Below, in pieces: positions 1-10,081 of a DNA stretch of 38,717 nt. Made by a program: the position numbers and the translations under genes. The notes beneath the pieces are model-generated. The model searched no databases. It was not told the DNA's origin and saw nothing but the letters and a program-made list of their open reading frames with translations. Numbering within the stretch: the stretch's first letter is position 1; each line of letters starts with the position of its first letter. This DNA comes from Comamonadaceae bacterium (GTDB taxonomy: Bacteria > Pseudomonadota > Gammaproteobacteria > Burkholderiales > Burkholderiaceae_C): contig CANGCZ010000001.1 of the NCBI GenBank assembly GCA_947452325.1, positions 1 to 38,717 on the forward strand. The letters run 5' to 3'.

Positions 1-62
1 GAAATTACATGGTTAATTTGCGCTTCTAGCTCTTTATCACTGATTGATAAATAAAACCCCGT

Positions 63-320
63 TTAGTTTATTTGTCGAGACACCAAAGGAAACTTCCCGG
101 GATTGCGAATCGATTCAACCGATAAATCAATGTCCATCAAAGGCCAATAAAGATGATCTGGCGTCGGCCATTCAATGCTGGAGATTTGCTCCATAGTGGC
201 TTTTTTAAACCAAGGGAATTCGTCGTAAGAGACAAACAACTCCTCATCGCCCAAAAGTAACCAAAAGCCTTTATTTGAAGCCTGCGAAACTTCAATTTCT
301 GAAATGGTTTTGCCAAGCAT
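63..320 (-). CDS. DUF2442-family protein (putative antitoxin partner of DUF4160)
   Basis: Sequence 'GFWLLLGDEELFVSYDEFPWFKKAT...LYWPLMDIDLSVESI' fits DUF2442. Likely ATG at 320 overlaps the end of the upstream DUF4160 gene; the ORF track starts at 338. Confidence 0.75.
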   Translation of the reverse strand: MLGKTISEIEVSQASNKGFWLLLGDEELFVSYDEFPWFKKATMEQISSIEWPTPDHLYWPLMDIDLSVESIRNPGKFPLVSRQIN

Positions 321-531
321 TGCGAATTTCCTTTTCATGTGTTTGAACCATGGACAAAGTATCAGCTATTTGCTTTTGAGAAAGCCCTTGGCTCATAGCG
401 AGTTCGATTTTGGGTTCAAGCCAAAATTTAGCTTCACCATCGGTATGAGAAACGTGAATATGCATGCGTGACTCTTCACGCGAAAAGAAAAAGAAGCGAA
501 ACGCACCTTCACGGAATACGGTTGGAGCCAT
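292..531 (-). CDS. DUF4160-family protein (putative toxin)
   Basis: 'PTVFREGAFRFFFFSREESRMHIHV...EAKFWL...IRNAWQNHF' is the typical DUF4160 pattern; paired with DUF2442. Confidence 0.8.
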   Translation of the reverse strand: MAPTVFREGAFRFFFFSREESRMHIHVSHTDGEAKFWLEPKIELAMSQGLSQKQIADTLSMVQTHEKEIRNAWQNHFRN

Positions 532-589
532 AGAAAAATGATATCAGTTCTGGTTTTCCTAGGTTTGTCCGCTGTCAACCCTTAAAGTT

Positions 590-1132
590 TTATTTTCCAA
601 CCAACCCCGCCCACCCCTCTCTCCCCAAGTCCTCCAACACCTGCATATTCCGTTCATAAATCCGCGACGCATCGGGAAACGCTTCAACGGCCTTATCAAT
701 ACTTTCCTCGCGCAGTAAATGCAGCGTCGGGTATGGCGCGCGGTTGGTGAAGTTGCTGATATCGTCAGGCTCTGTGCCCGCAAACTGGTAGCGCGGGTGA
801 AAGTCTGCAATTTGCAGCACGCCTTCCAATTCCATCGACAGCAACACCGAATCGCAGTCAAACAAAAATTCGTTGAACTCCAAAAAGTCCGGCAAAAGAT
901 TGGGCGCAATCAAGAGCGTGGTATCCAACACTGCGGCATCGGTGTTGATCAACAACTGCATTTCCTCTTGCAGCATCTTCAGCACTTGCTCGGGTTCGCT
1001 GTCCATGCACACCACATAGCGCAATTGCTTTTTGGTCACCACGGCTTTGGCAAACGGACACAGATTCAAACCGATCACTGCTTTGTCCACCCAAGCTTGG
1101 GTGTCGGCAATGGCTTGCGCTTCGGTCGTCAT
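590..1132 (-). CDS. DUF1415-family protein
   Basis: 'WVDKAVIGLNLCPFA', 'QIADFHP.YQFAG' and 'TNRAPYPTLHLLRE' motifs; ATGA overlap with dgt. Confidence 0.88.
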   Translation of the reverse strand: MTTEAQAIADTQAWVDKAVIGLNLCPFAKAVVTKKQLRYVVCMDSEPEQVLKMLQEEMQLLINTDAAVLDTTLLIAPNLLPDFLEFNEFLFDCDSVLLSMELEGVLQIADFHPRYQFAGTEPDDISNFTNRAPYPTLHLLREESIDKAVEAFPDASRIYERNMQVLEDLGREGWAGLVGK

Positions 1133-2298
1133 GCAGACAACACTTTGCCTGTCAATCGCGCGTGCTCTTTGGTGGCAAACCTATCGGTCATGCCGGCGAT
1201 GTAATCGGACACTGCGCGCGGCAAGTTGCTGCGCTTGGCGTGGCGCTCGGGCATGTCTTGCGGCTTGTGCATATACGCGTTGAACAATTCGCTCACCACT
1301 TCGCGCGCCCATTCGGTGGTTTGCAACACCTGCGGGTGGCGGTACAAGCTGTGCAGCAGAAAATGTTTGAGCTCAGTGCTGGCAGCACGCATGCCGGGGC
1401 TGAAGCGCACCAAGGGCGGCGAGCGGCGCACATCATCGGCAGATGCAGGCGAATGCTCGGTCAGTGCAAGGCGGGTGCTGTCCATCACGTCATACACCTG
1501 ATCGCTCAACATGCGGCGTATGGTTTCATACAGCAAGCGTCTGCCGGAGAGCGCGGGAAATTCATCTTGCACACGCAAGCGGTAAGTGTTGAACAACACC
1601 ACTTCCTGCAATTGCTCTAGCGTGATCAGGCCTGAGCGCACGCCGTCGTCTATGTCGTGCGCGTTGTAAGCCATCTCATCGGCCAGATTGCACAACTGCG
1701 CTTCTAAAGACGGTTGTTGCTTGAGTAAAAACCGTGCGCCCACGCCGCCGGGCTCGGCGTCTTCCAGCATTTGCGCGTTGCGCTGTGAGCAATGTTTCAA
1801 AATGCCTTCGCGGGTTTCAAAGCACAGATTCAAACCGTCAAACTGCGGGTAGCGTTCTTCCAAACTGTCCACCACGCGCAGGCTTTGTAGGTTGTGCTCG
1901 AAACCGCCGTAGGGCGCCATGCATTCGTTCAACGCGTCTTGTCCGGCATGACCAAACGGTGTGTGGCCCAGGTCGTGCGCCAAGGCAATGGCTTCGACCA
2001 AATCTTCATGCAAGCCCAGTGCGCGCGCCAGCGAGCGCCCGAGTTGCGCGACTTCCAGCGAATGCGTCAAGCGGGTGCGAAACAAATCGCCTTCGTGGTT
2101 CAGAAAAACTTGGGTTTTGTAAACAAGGCGGCGAAACGCGGTGGAATGCACAATGCGGTCGCGGTCGCGTTGAAACAGATTGCGTGTCGGTGCTTCGGGT
2201 TCGGCAAAACGCCTGCCGCGACTCTGTGAGGTCAAGCAGGCATACGCTGCCAAGCCGTTCGCGGCAGGGGCTATGTCAACAGCGGCCGCATGGCTCAT
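1129..2298 (-). CDS. dgt: Deoxyguanosinetriphosphate triphosphohydrolase (HD-domain dGTPase)
   Basis: '[22 protein letters not shown]', '[10 protein letters not shown]', '[12 protein letters not shown]', 'DYIAGMTD'. ATG at 2298 overlaps the aroB stop (ATGA). Confidence 0.93.
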   Translation of the reverse strand: MSHAAAVDIAPAANGLAAYACLTSQSRGRRFAEPEAPTRNLFQRDRDRIVHSTAFRRLVYKTQVFLNHEGDLFRTRLTHSLEVAQLGRSLARALGLHEDLVEAIALAHDLGHTPFGHAGQDALNECMAPYGGFEHNLQSLRVVDSLEERYPQFDGLNLCFETREGILKHCSQRNAQMLEDAEPGGVGARFLLKQQPSLEAQLCNLADEMAYNAHDIDDGVRSGLITLEQLQEVVLFNTYRLRVQDEFPALSGRRLLYETIRRMLSDQVYDVMDSTRLALTEHSPASADDVRRSPPLVRFSPGMRAASTELKHFLLHSLYRHPQVLQTTEWAREVVSELFNAYMHKPQDMPERHAKRSNLPRAVSDYIAGMTDRFATKEHARLTGKVLSA

Positions 2299-3386
2299 GC
2301 GCGGCAGCAAGCCTCGACAACCTCAGCCACCAAGGCATCAGGCGCGCCACGCACTTTCGCGCTGCCGGGCGGGTTTATCAACACAAAGCGTATGTCGCCT
2401 GCCTCGGCTTTTTTGTCGACCCGCATGTGGTGCAAATACACATCCGCACCAAGCGCTGGGCCGGTCACAGGCAAACCGGCTTTGGTGATCAAAGCGGTGA
2501 GGCGCGCGACAAACGCGGCATCCACCAAACCCAAACGCTCTGACAATTGCGCGGCCATGACCATGCCGCAACCGACCGCTTCGCCATGCAACCACACGCC
2601 AAAACCCAAACCGGCTTCGATGGCGTGGCCAAAGGTATGGCCAAAATTCAAAATCGCGCGGATACCACCTTCGCGTTCGTCTTGACCCACCACCCAGGCT
2701 TTGATTTCGCAACTGCGCTTGACGGCATAAGCCAGCGCTTGCGGGTCGCGCGCCAGCAATTTGTCCAAGTGCTGTTCAATCCAGTCGAGAAACGCCATAT
2801 CGGCGATCGGGCCGTATTTGATGACCTCGGCCAAACCGGCGCTGAGTTCGCGCAGCGGAAGAGTTTGCAATGTGCCTAGGTCACACACCACGCGCTCGGG
2901 TTGGTAAAACGCGCCAATCATGTTTTTACCGATGGGGTGGTTGATCGCGGTTTTGCCGCCCACGGATGAATCGACTTGCGACAACAGCGTGGTGGGCACT
3001 TGCACAAACGGCACGCCTCGCATGTAGCAAGCGGCTGCAAAGCCGGTGATGTCGCCGATGACGCCGCCGCCCAAGGCGAACAACACGGTTTTGCGGTCGC
3101 AGGCTTTACCGAGCAACACATCAAATATCGCGTTCAAGCTGTCCCAGGTTTTGTAGCTCTCGCCGTCGGGCAATGCACACACATGGATGACCGGGTAATG
3201 CGGCGCCAAACTTTGCTGCAAACGAGCCAGATACAAAGGCGCCACTGTGTCGTTGGTGACGATGAGCGCGGCGCCTGCTTTGGGCAAGCCTTGCCAGGCG
3301 GATGGGTTGTCGATCAATCCGGCACCGATGGCGATGTCGTAACTGCGCTCGCCAAGGTCTATGTGTACGTGTTCAGTGTGCGTCAT
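2295..3386 (-). CDS. aroB: 3-dehydroquinate synthase
   Basis: 'LGGGVIGD', '[20 protein letters not shown]', '[12 protein letters not shown]', 'LHGEAV'. Confidence 0.97.
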   Translation of the reverse strand: MTHTEHVHIDLGERSYDIAIGAGLIDNPSAWQGLPKAGAALIVTNDTVAPLYLARLQQSLAPHYPVIHVCALPDGESYKTWDSLNAIFDVLLGKACDRKTVLFALGGGVIGDITGFAAACYMRGVPFVQVPTTLLSQVDSSVGGKTAINHPIGKNMIGAFYQPERVVCDLGTLQTLPLRELSAGLAEVIKYGPIADMAFLDWIEQHLDKLLARDPQALAYAVKRSCEIKAWVVGQDEREGGIRAILNFGHTFGHAIEAGLGFGVWLHGEAVGCGMVMAAQLSERLGLVDAAFVARLTALITKAGLPVTGPALGADVYLHHMRVDKKAEAGDIRFVLINPPGSAKVRGAPDALVAEVVEACCRA

Positions 3387-3946
3387 GGGGCAGCGGTTTC
3401 TATGGGTAACAAACCGGCGAGTTCGAGTTGGGTGATGATCATGGTGATCATGGTCGGTATGCGCGGGCGGCTGGTTTCGATGACGAAATGCGCGGCCGCC
3501 TGGTAGTGCGGGTCGCGTTCCTCAAAAAGTTGTTTGATTTTGAGTTTGGGGTCGTCGACTTGCAATAAAGGTCGTTGCTGGTCATGGCGCAAGCGACGGT
3601 AGATTTCTTCGGGTTGCACGCGCAGGTAGATGACGTGGGTGCGCTCGCGCAACAGTAGCCGGTTGGCTTCGCGCAATACTGCGCCGCCGCCGGTGGCCAG
3701 CACGCCGCAAGCCGTGCGGGTCATGTCGTCAATGACTTTGGCTTCAATGTCTCTGAAAGCGGCTTCGCCCTGGCTGGCGAAAAAATCTTTGATGGGACAG
3801 GCAATGCGCATCTCTATGACCTGGTCGCAGTCGACAAAACCCACGCCTAATTTGCGGGCCAATTGCCGACCGACTGTCGATTTGCCGCTGCCCGGCATGC
3901 CCACCAATGCCAACACGATAAATACTTTCTCAAGGTGCGAAGGCAC
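3383..3946 (-). CDS. aroK: Shikimate kinase
   Basis: Walker A 'GMPGSGKST', 'GEAAFR', 'ATGGG', 'RPLL'; canonical pilQ-aroK-aroB order. Exact start uncertain (GTG at 3946 or 3925). Confidence 0.95.
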   Translation of the reverse strand: MPSHLEKVFIVLALVGMPGSGKSTVGRQLARKLGVGFVDCDQVIEMRIACPIKDFFASQGEAAFRDIEAKVIDDMTRTACGVLATGGGAVLREANRLLLRERTHVIYLRVQPEEIYRRLRHDQQRPLLQVDDPKLKIKQLFEERDPHYQAAAHFVIETSRPRIPTMITMIITQLELAGLLPIETAAP

Positions 3947-5222
3947 GTTGCTCCAGCATTTTAGGGCTTAGGAATATCAGCAACTCCTGCTTGCTGCGCT
4001 TGCTGGCACGGTTACCGAACAACCAGCCGAACAAGGGGTTGTCACGCAAGCCCGGCACCCCGGCGCGGTTGATGCTGTCGCTGGTTTCGTAAATGCCGCC
4101 TATCATGACAGTACCGCCGTCTTGCACCCTGACCTGTGTGCTGACGTGTTTGGTGTCTATGGCGAACCCGGCCGGTGTGTTCTGACCGACGCTGTCTTTG
4201 TACACCTCCAGAAACATATTGATGCTGCCGTCGGGCGTGATGTGCGGCGTCACCTCCAAACGCAGATTGGCTTTGCGAAAAGCAATAGATGTGCTGCCGT
4301 TAGGTCCTGACAACTGGTAAGGCAATTCGGTGCCCTGCTCTATCACAGCTTTGAACTGGTTGGCTGTCACCAGTCGCGGGCTGGCCACCACCCGGCCCAA
4401 ACCCTCTGCCTCCAATGCGGACAACTCCACCCCGAGTCGACGGCTGTTTGCCGGATCGAAAAAAGTAAAACCTGCACTGGCCGGGTCTGAGCCCAGCGCT
4501 TTCACTGCTGGCAAATTCACGTTGAAGCCTTCGGTTTGCGTGGACAACCTGACACCGAGCGAGGCCGCAAAGTTGTCCAGCGCTTCCACAATGCGCGCTT
4601 CGATCAGCACCTGACGCTGCGCGACATCGACGCGCTCAATCAGTCGCGCCACCTGCTCCAGTCTGTCGGCAATGTCGGTGACAAACAGTTGGTTGGTGCG
4701 CATGTCCGCCATGGCGCTGCCGCGCGGGCTTAGCAAACGCGGCGACGCACCCGCAGACACATTGCCTTGTTGCAGCAAAGTGGGTAAGAGTTCAGCCGCC
4801 TTGGCGTAGTTCAAGGCGAAGGCACGGGTTTGCAAAGGCTCGACCACTTGTATGGCATGGCGCGTCTCTAACCGGTTTTTTTCTCGCGCCGACAATTCGG
4901 CCTGCGGTGCGACCCAAATCACGTTACCGGTTTGTTGCTGGCCCAGGCCACGCGTTTGCAAAATGGTGTGCAGCACCTGGTCCCAGGGCACATCTTGCAA
5001 ACGCATGGTCAATTGACCGCTGACGTTGTCGGACATGATGATGTTGACGCCGCTGAACTCGGCCACCAACTGCAAAGCGGTGCGCAAATCTATGCTTTGA
5101 AAATGCATGGACATGGGCGCACCGTGAAAAGCAGGCGGCTCCTCCGGGTTGGCAACAGGCGGGGCGGTTTGCGCTAACGCCTGCGAAAACCACAGGCCAC
5201 AGGCAAGCTGCAGCCGGTTCAT
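3930..5222 (-). CDS. pilQ: Type IV pilus/competence secretin PilQ, short form (430 aa)
   Basis: N0 domain 'SMHFQSIDLRTALQLVAEFSGVNII...L.DVPWDQ'; secretin domain 'QVLIEARIVE', 'LEVTPHITPDG', 'ELLIFLSP'. ATG at 5222 overlaps the upstream stop. Confidence 0.92.
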   Translation of the reverse strand: MNRLQLACGLWFSQALAQTAPPVANPEEPPAFHGAPMSMHFQSIDLRTALQLVAEFSGVNIIMSDNVSGQLTMRLQDVPWDQVLHTILQTRGLGQQQTGNVIWVAPQAELSAREKNRLETRHAIQVVEPLQTRAFALNYAKAAELLPTLLQQGNVSAGASPRLLSPRGSAMADMRTNQLFVTDIADRLEQVARLIERVDVAQRQVLIEARIVEALDNFAASLGVRLSTQTEGFNVNLPAVKALGSDPASAGFTFFDPANSRRLGVELSALEAEGLGRVVASPRLVTANQFKAVIEQGTELPYQLSGPNGSTSIAFRKANLRLEVTPHITPDGSINMFLEVYKDSVGQNTPAGFAIDTKHVSTQVRVQDGGTVMIGGIYETSDSINRAGVPGLRDNPLFGWLFGNRASKRSKQELLIFLSPKMLEQRAFAP

Positions 5223-6259
5223 TTGGCTGCTCCGGCGGCGATGCGTTGGGTTACCGCCTGCCATTCACCGTCTTTCTGGGCATGCCATTCGCGCAACAGC
5301 AGGTGATCGCGGGCGATGTCGGTCACCTCGCCCCAGTCCTGACCGATGTGGTCCCCTGTTTGAACGCTGTAAACCAAGCCGTTGAAAGACAGCAAGCCCT
5401 GGCGTTGGTCATGCCGTGACAAGGTGCCTACCCAGCGCATGTGCGACACCGGTTGGGTTTGCAACACAGTCCAGCCTCGTGGCTGCCTTTGGGCGACTTC
5501 GGCTGGCAAGCCGCTGCGCAAAGCTGTCACTTGGAACGGGTTGTACAACTTGGCGGCCGCTTCAGCAGGTGGCGGCGAAACAGACAGTGCTTCTGCCTTC
5601 GCAACGTTTTTTTCTGCGACAGCTTGGTTTTGGGCGGACAAGAACGCCAGCGGCTTATCCTGCGCACGTGTCCATTGCAATTCCAGTTGCAAACGAACTT
5701 CAATTGGACCCGGGTTGTTTGACGTGGCAGAGGCGGGCAAGGCTTGCCAATCCAAACCGCTCAGGCGCATGGCAGGAAACTCTTGAGGAATGCCGTGCAC
5801 AGCAGCGAGCAATGCAGGTAATGTGCCTCTCCACCTCACAGCCGATTCACCGGTCAATGGCATGGCTTGTGCCGCCAGCCCGTGTTGCTTGCCCCAGGCC
5901 AGCCATTGCTGTAATGCCTGGTTGTCGTCCACAGGCGGTGTCTGTGGCCAGGTCTGCCAGGCGGGCACCGGCCAGCCTGAAGGGTGAGGCATGGCTTGTA
6001 AGTTTTGGATGCGTTGGTGTAATTGGCTGACTTGCTGCCGGTGCCTGAGTATGTCTTCGTCCAGTTGCTGAAGTTGTTCTTCAGCCTGCCACCAGATTTC
6101 CCATGCTTCGCCCGACCACCAGCAGCTGCCCGCAGCGCTCATACACACGCATAACACCGACAGCAACAACCACTGCGCACCCGGCGGCCAGGCGTGCAAC
6201 ACCTGCCAGTGGCTGCGCCATTGCGGCCAGGGCGTCTGCCAGCGAACAGCGGTGTTCAT
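5219..6259 (-). CDS. Putative PilO-PilP fusion protein
   Basis: Single 346-aa ORF where pilO and pilP normally lie. N-terminal 'WP' + transmembrane segment + coiled coil is PilO-like. C-terminal 'NPF...MRWVGTL...VYSVQTGDHIGQDWGEVTDI....LLLRE' is PilP-like. Confidence 0.65.
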   Translation of the reverse strand: MNTAVRWQTPWPQWRSHWQVLHAWPPGAQWLLLSVLCVCMSAAGSCWWSGEAWEIWWQAEEQLQQLDEDILRHRQQVSQLHQRIQNLQAMPHPSGWPVPAWQTWPQTPPVDDNQALQQWLAWGKQHGLAAQAMPLTGESAVRWRGTLPALLAAVHGIPQEFPAMRLSGLDWQALPASATSNNPGPIEVRLQLELQWTRAQDKPLAFLSAQNQAVAEKNVAKAEALSVSPPPAEAAAKLYNPFQVTALRSGLPAEVAQRQPRGWTVLQTQPVSHMRWVGTLSRHDQRQGLLSFNGLVYSVQTGDHIGQDWGEVTDIARDHLLLREWHAQKDGEWQAVTQRIAAGAAK

Positions 6260-6822
6260 GGTGTGACCGGCACGGGTGTACTCATCTGCAAGCTAAAGCG
6301 CTGGCGTTTGGCTGACAAGCCATCAGACTGCAACCACTGCGCTTCTTCCAACCTCGGTCGCGCATCTCGCGCGGAGAAACCGCCCGCCTGTAACTGTGAC
6401 AACCAAGCCTGCAAATGCCCCTCACTCAGCGTCCAGCCGTTGATTTGCAATTGCTGGTCGCGCCACACCAGCCGGTCCAACTGCACGCCGCGCGGCGGCA
6501 CCGACAACAGGTGTTGCAACAACTGCCAGCCCTGCCACTGCTGTGCCTGCCAAGGCCGCCATGCCGCTTGTACCTGCTGCGCTTGCGTTTGGCGGTTTTG
6601 CCACACAGGTGCTTGGGCCAACTCCGCCTGCAAATCACGCAAGCTTTGCTCGCGTAGCGCCACTTGAGTCTGGTGTTGCTGCAACCAGTCTTCCCATTGC
6701 CGGTCCAAAGCCCACACGACCGCCAGCGTCAGGCCTAAGACAGATAAGAAAGCCAACCGCCAATGGCGCAAACGCTGAGCGCGTCGGCGCTCGCGCCACG
6801 GGTGCAAATTGAAGCCGCTCAT
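6256..6822 (-). CDS. pilN: Type IV pilus assembly protein PilN
   Basis: N-terminal 'FNLHPWRERRR' (variant of the INLLPWRE motif), then a TM helix, coiled coil and 'P.GVQLDRL...LQING'; syntenic position. Confidence 0.8.
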   Translation of the reverse strand: MSGFNLHPWRERRRAQRLRHWRLAFLSVLGLTLAVVWALDRQWEDWLQQHQTQVALREQSLRDLQAELAQAPVWQNRQTQAQQVQAAWRPWQAQQWQGWQLLQHLLSVPPRGVQLDRLVWRDQQLQINGWTLSEGHLQAWLSQLQAGGFSARDARPRLEEAQWLQSDGLSAKRQRFSLQMSTPVPVTP

Positions 6823-7544
6823 GTCAGCCCCGCCCCCAATGCCAACCCGCCAACCACCGCTTGTTCTTCCTCGGTCAATCCGGCGTCATACAAGGCCGGG
6901 TTCTCTTGCAACAGCCCGACATTGTGTTTTTGCGCATAAGTTTGCCAACGCAAACTGGCTTGCCATGGCGGCTCCAGCCTGACCAGTTGCATACCTGCCT
7001 GGTTACACCAGTGCTCGCATTGAGCCGCCCATTCCCGGGGCATGGCCAGCACCTCAATGTTTTGCACCGCTTGCTCTTGCAAGGCTTGGCTCAGCCAGGC
7101 CGGGCGACCGCCGTCAAACGCAGCGGCAGACGGGACCTGTGCGGCGTCCAAGGTTTGAAAATCCCACAAGCAATCTTGCAGCGGCCAAGGCAAGCTGTCT
7201 TGCAGGCGCTCGCTGAGCGCCGCACGCCATTGCCTCATGGGTATGCCACTGTCGATTTGCAAATGCACTGAATGAAGGTGTTCCCGGGGAATGGCCATGG
7301 CCAGCAACTGCGCCTGAAAGCCACAGCGCTGTCTGACTTGCCTGACCCATTTCGGGTCTGGCCAGACGCCATCCGCCCAGGGTTCTTCGTCCAAGCCGCC
7401 CAGTGACTGCCAATGCCACACAGGCACCTCGGCAGACGCGTCACGGCCCGGCGCGGTTTGCACCATGGCCAGTCCGCGCCCGTTGATCAACAAACCCATG
7501 CCCAAAGCTTTACGGCGGGCGAAACGGCTGATGCGCATGTCCAT
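6819..7544 (-). CDS. pilM: Divergent, shortened PilM/HofM-like protein
   Basis: First gene of the operon divergent from PBP1A; 'LPWPLQDCLWDF', 'AGMQLVRLEP' and C-terminal 'GLAL' resemble PilM; only 241 aa. Confidence 0.6.
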   Translation of the reverse strand: MDMRISRFARRKALGMGLLINGRGLAMVQTAPGRDASAEVPVWHWQSLGGLDEEPWADGVWPDPKWVRQVRQRCGFQAQLLAMAIPREHLHSVHLQIDSGIPMRQWRAALSERLQDSLPWPLQDCLWDFQTLDAAQVPSAAAFDGGRPAWLSQALQEQAVQNIEVLAMPREWAAQCEHWCNQAGMQLVRLEPPWQASLRWQTYAQKHNVGLLQENPALYDAGLTEEEQAVVGGLALGAGLT

Positions 7545-7671
7545 GTCCTTTCAAATAGCAGGTTGAGCTTGGTTGTAAAACCGCTGCAAGCCTGCTCAGT
7601 TAAGCTGGACTGGCGTTTTTTTTACAATCTGCTTCCTTACTGCCATTTGGCTGCGCGCCAAACCTTCCTAC

Positions 7672-10047
7672 ATGCCCCCTCAGTCGCCCACTCCCGATCG
7701 CCCTCAGGCCGAGTCGAAGTCACTTCCTGCCAACAACCTCTGGCGGCTGCTGGGCGTGTTTTTCACCTGGGCCATTGGCTTGTCAACCGCAGGCCTGTTG
7801 ACCCTGTTGCTGCTGGTCGGTGTGGCGCTGGTCATGGCCTACCCGCAACTGCCTGACATTTCCGACCTGGCCGATTACCGGCCCAAGCTGTCGATGCGGG
7901 TGTTTTCTATCGAAGGCAAGGTGATCGGTGAATTCGGCGAAGAACGACGCAAGCTGGTGCCCTTCAAAGACATACCCGTCATCGTCAAACAAGCGGTGTT
8001 GTCCATAGAAGACGCGCGCTTTTACCAGCACGGCGGGGTCGACTACATCGGTCTGGTGCGCGCCAGCCTGGCCAACGTCGGGCGCGCCAAAAGCCAGGGC
8101 GCATCCACCATCACCATGCAGGTGGCGCGCAATGTGTATTTATCGTCAGAGAAAACCTTTACCCGCAAAATTTACGAGTTGCTGCTGACCTACAAACTGG
8201 AACATTTGCTCAGCAAAGACCAGATATTTGAAATTTACTTGAACCAAATTTACCTGGGCCACCGTGCTTACGGTTTTGCGGCTGCGGCTGAAACGTATTT
8301 CGGTAAACCGATTCAGTCACTCAGCATCGCCGAGGCCGCCATGCTCGCCGGTTTGCCCAAGGCGCCGTCGGCTTACAACCCGATCAACAACCCTAAACGC
8401 GCCCGCTCACGCCAGCTCTACATCATCGAGCGCATGGAAGACAACGGCTTCATCACCTCAGCGCAGGCCAAGGCGGCGAAAACCGAAGAACTGAAAATCC
8501 GCAGTGTCACTGCGCCCAACAACACGCACGCCGAGTACGTGGCCGAGATGGCGCGCCAGTTGATGTTTGCCCAATACGGCAACGATATTTACACGCGCGG
8601 TCTGAACGTTTACACCACCATCAAAGCCGAAGACCAGGAGATAGCCTACCAGGCCTTGCGCCGTGGCATCTTGGACTATGAGTTGCGGCAGGTATACCGG
8701 GGGCCGGAAAAATTCATCACCTTGCCCACCGATGCGCGTGAACTGGAAGAAGCGATTGACGACGCCTTGATCGAAGCCGGTGACAAAGGCGATTTGCTCA
8801 GCGCCGTGGTGCTGGAAGCCACTCCCAAAAAAGTGCGGGTGGTGCGGCAAAACAGCGAAGTGCTGGATATCAGCGGAGACGGCTTGAAACCAGTGACATC
8901 TGGCTTGTCTGACAAGGCACCGCCCAACATCAAACTGCGGCCGGGTGCGGTGGTACGGGTCAGCAAAAACGCCAAAGGCGACTGGGGCCTGACACAGCTG
9001 CCCGAAGTAGAAGGCGCGTTTGTGGCACTTGACCCGGCCGATGGCGCCATCCGTTCGCTGGTCGGCGGTTTTGACTTTGACAAAAACAAATTCAACCATG
9101 TGACCCAGGCCTGGCGCCAGCCGGGATCGAGTTTCAAGCCGTTTATTTATTCAGCTGCGATTGAAAAAGGCTTTACAGCAGCGACCCAAGTGAATGATGC
9201 GCCGCTGTTTTTTGACGCCAGCGTCACTGGCAGCCAAGCCTGGGAGCCGAAAAATTACGACGGCAAATTTGAAGGCGTGATGAGCTTGAAGACTGCGCTG
9301 GCCAAATCGAAAAACATGGTGTCTATCCGCATCTTGCAAGCAGTGGGACCGCAAAACGCGCAAAACTGGATCAGCCGCTTCGGCTTTGATCCGGAAAAGC
9401 ACCCGCCTTACCTGACCATGGCGCTGGGCGCCGGCTCAGTCACGCCCATGCAAGTCGCCATGGGCTACTCGGTATTTGCCAATGGCGGCTACTTGGTCAA
9501 ACCTTATCTGATCACCAAAGTGACCGACCCGCTGGGCAAGGTCTTGTCCAACTACACGCCCATTGAACTGGATGACAGAGCGCGAGCCATTGAACCGCGC
9601 AATGCATTCTTGATCAGCCACCTGTTGCAAGAGGTCACGCGTTCAGGTACAGCCATGCGCGCGCAGGCCACGCTCAAACGCAGTGATATTTACGGCAAGA
9701 CCGGAACCACCAACGATTCCATGGATGCCTGGTTTGCCGGTTACCACCAGACGCTGACGGCGGTGACTTGGATAGGTTATGACACGCCGCGCAAATTGGG
9801 TGACCGCGAAACCGGCGGTGGACTCAGCCTGCCGGTGTGGATCAGCTACATGCAGCACGCTTTGAAAAACACGCCGGTCAGCGGCATGCCGGTACCGGCC
9901 GGCGTGGTGTTTGAGGGCAACGATTGGTTTTACCAGGAATACACCCACAGCACCGGGGTGACCAGTCTGGGTATTGAAGCCAAACCTGCCGAAGTTGAAG
10001 CGACTGACCCTGAAAAGAAAAAAATACTGGAAATATTCAAGGAATAA
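7672..10047 (+). CDS. mrcA: Penicillin-binding protein 1A (transglycosylase/transpeptidase)
   Basis: Transglycosylase motifs 'EDARFYQHGGVD', 'GASTITMQ', 'RK..E'; transpeptidase motifs 'SSFK', 'SKN', 'KTG'. Confidence 0.96.
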   Translation: MPPQSPTPDRPQAESKSLPANNLWRLLGVFFTWAIGLSTAGLLTLLLLVGVALVMAYPQLPDISDLADYRPKLSMRVFSIEGKVIGEFGEERRKLVPFKDIPVIVKQAVLSIEDARFYQHGGVDYIGLVRASLANVGRAKSQGASTITMQVARNVYLSSEKTFTRKIYELLLTYKLEHLLSKDQIFEIYLNQIYLGHRAYGFAAAAETYFGKPIQSLSIAEAAMLAGLPKAPSAYNPINNPKRARSRQLYIIERMEDNGFITSAQAKAAKTEELKIRSVTAPNNTHAEYVAEMARQLMFAQYGNDIYTRGLNVYTTIKAEDQEIAYQALRRGILDYELRQVYRGPEKFITLPTDARELEEAIDDALIEAGDKGDLLSAVVLEATPKKVRVVRQNSEVLDISGDGLKPVTSGLSDKAPPNIKLRPGAVVRVSKNAKGDWGLTQLPEVEGAFVALDPADGAIRSLVGGFDFDKNKFNHVTQAWRQPGSSFKPFIYSAAIEKGFTAATQVNDAPLFFDASVTGSQAWEPKNYDGKFEGVMSLKTALAKSKNMVSIRILQAVGPQNAQNWISRFGFDPEKHPPYLTMALGAGSVTPMQVAMGYSVFANGGYLVKPYLITKVTDPLGKVLSNYTPIELDDRARAIEPRNAFLISHLLQEVTRSGTAMRAQATLKRSDIYGKTGTTNDSMDAWFAGYHQTLTAVTWIGYDTPRKLGDRETGGGLSLPVWISYMQHALKNTPVSGMPVPAGVVFEGNDWFYQEYTHSTGVTSLGIEAKPAEVEATDPEKKKILEIFKE

Positions 10048-10081
10048 GCCTGCTTGGTGTTTGGTGCCAACACCAGTCTTC

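Noticed and set aside
33-51. Palindrome TTTATCA-N5-TGATAAA
   Set aside because: Short, AT-rich and at the window edge with no visible target; could be chance.
1129-2298. dGTPase as an anti-phage defence gene
   Set aside because: It is translationally coupled to aroB in the usual housekeeping context, not in a defence island.
10055-10075. Hairpin TGGTGTT...AACACCA between convergent mrcA and cyaY
   Set aside because: No clear U tract on either strand, so it was not called as a terminator.
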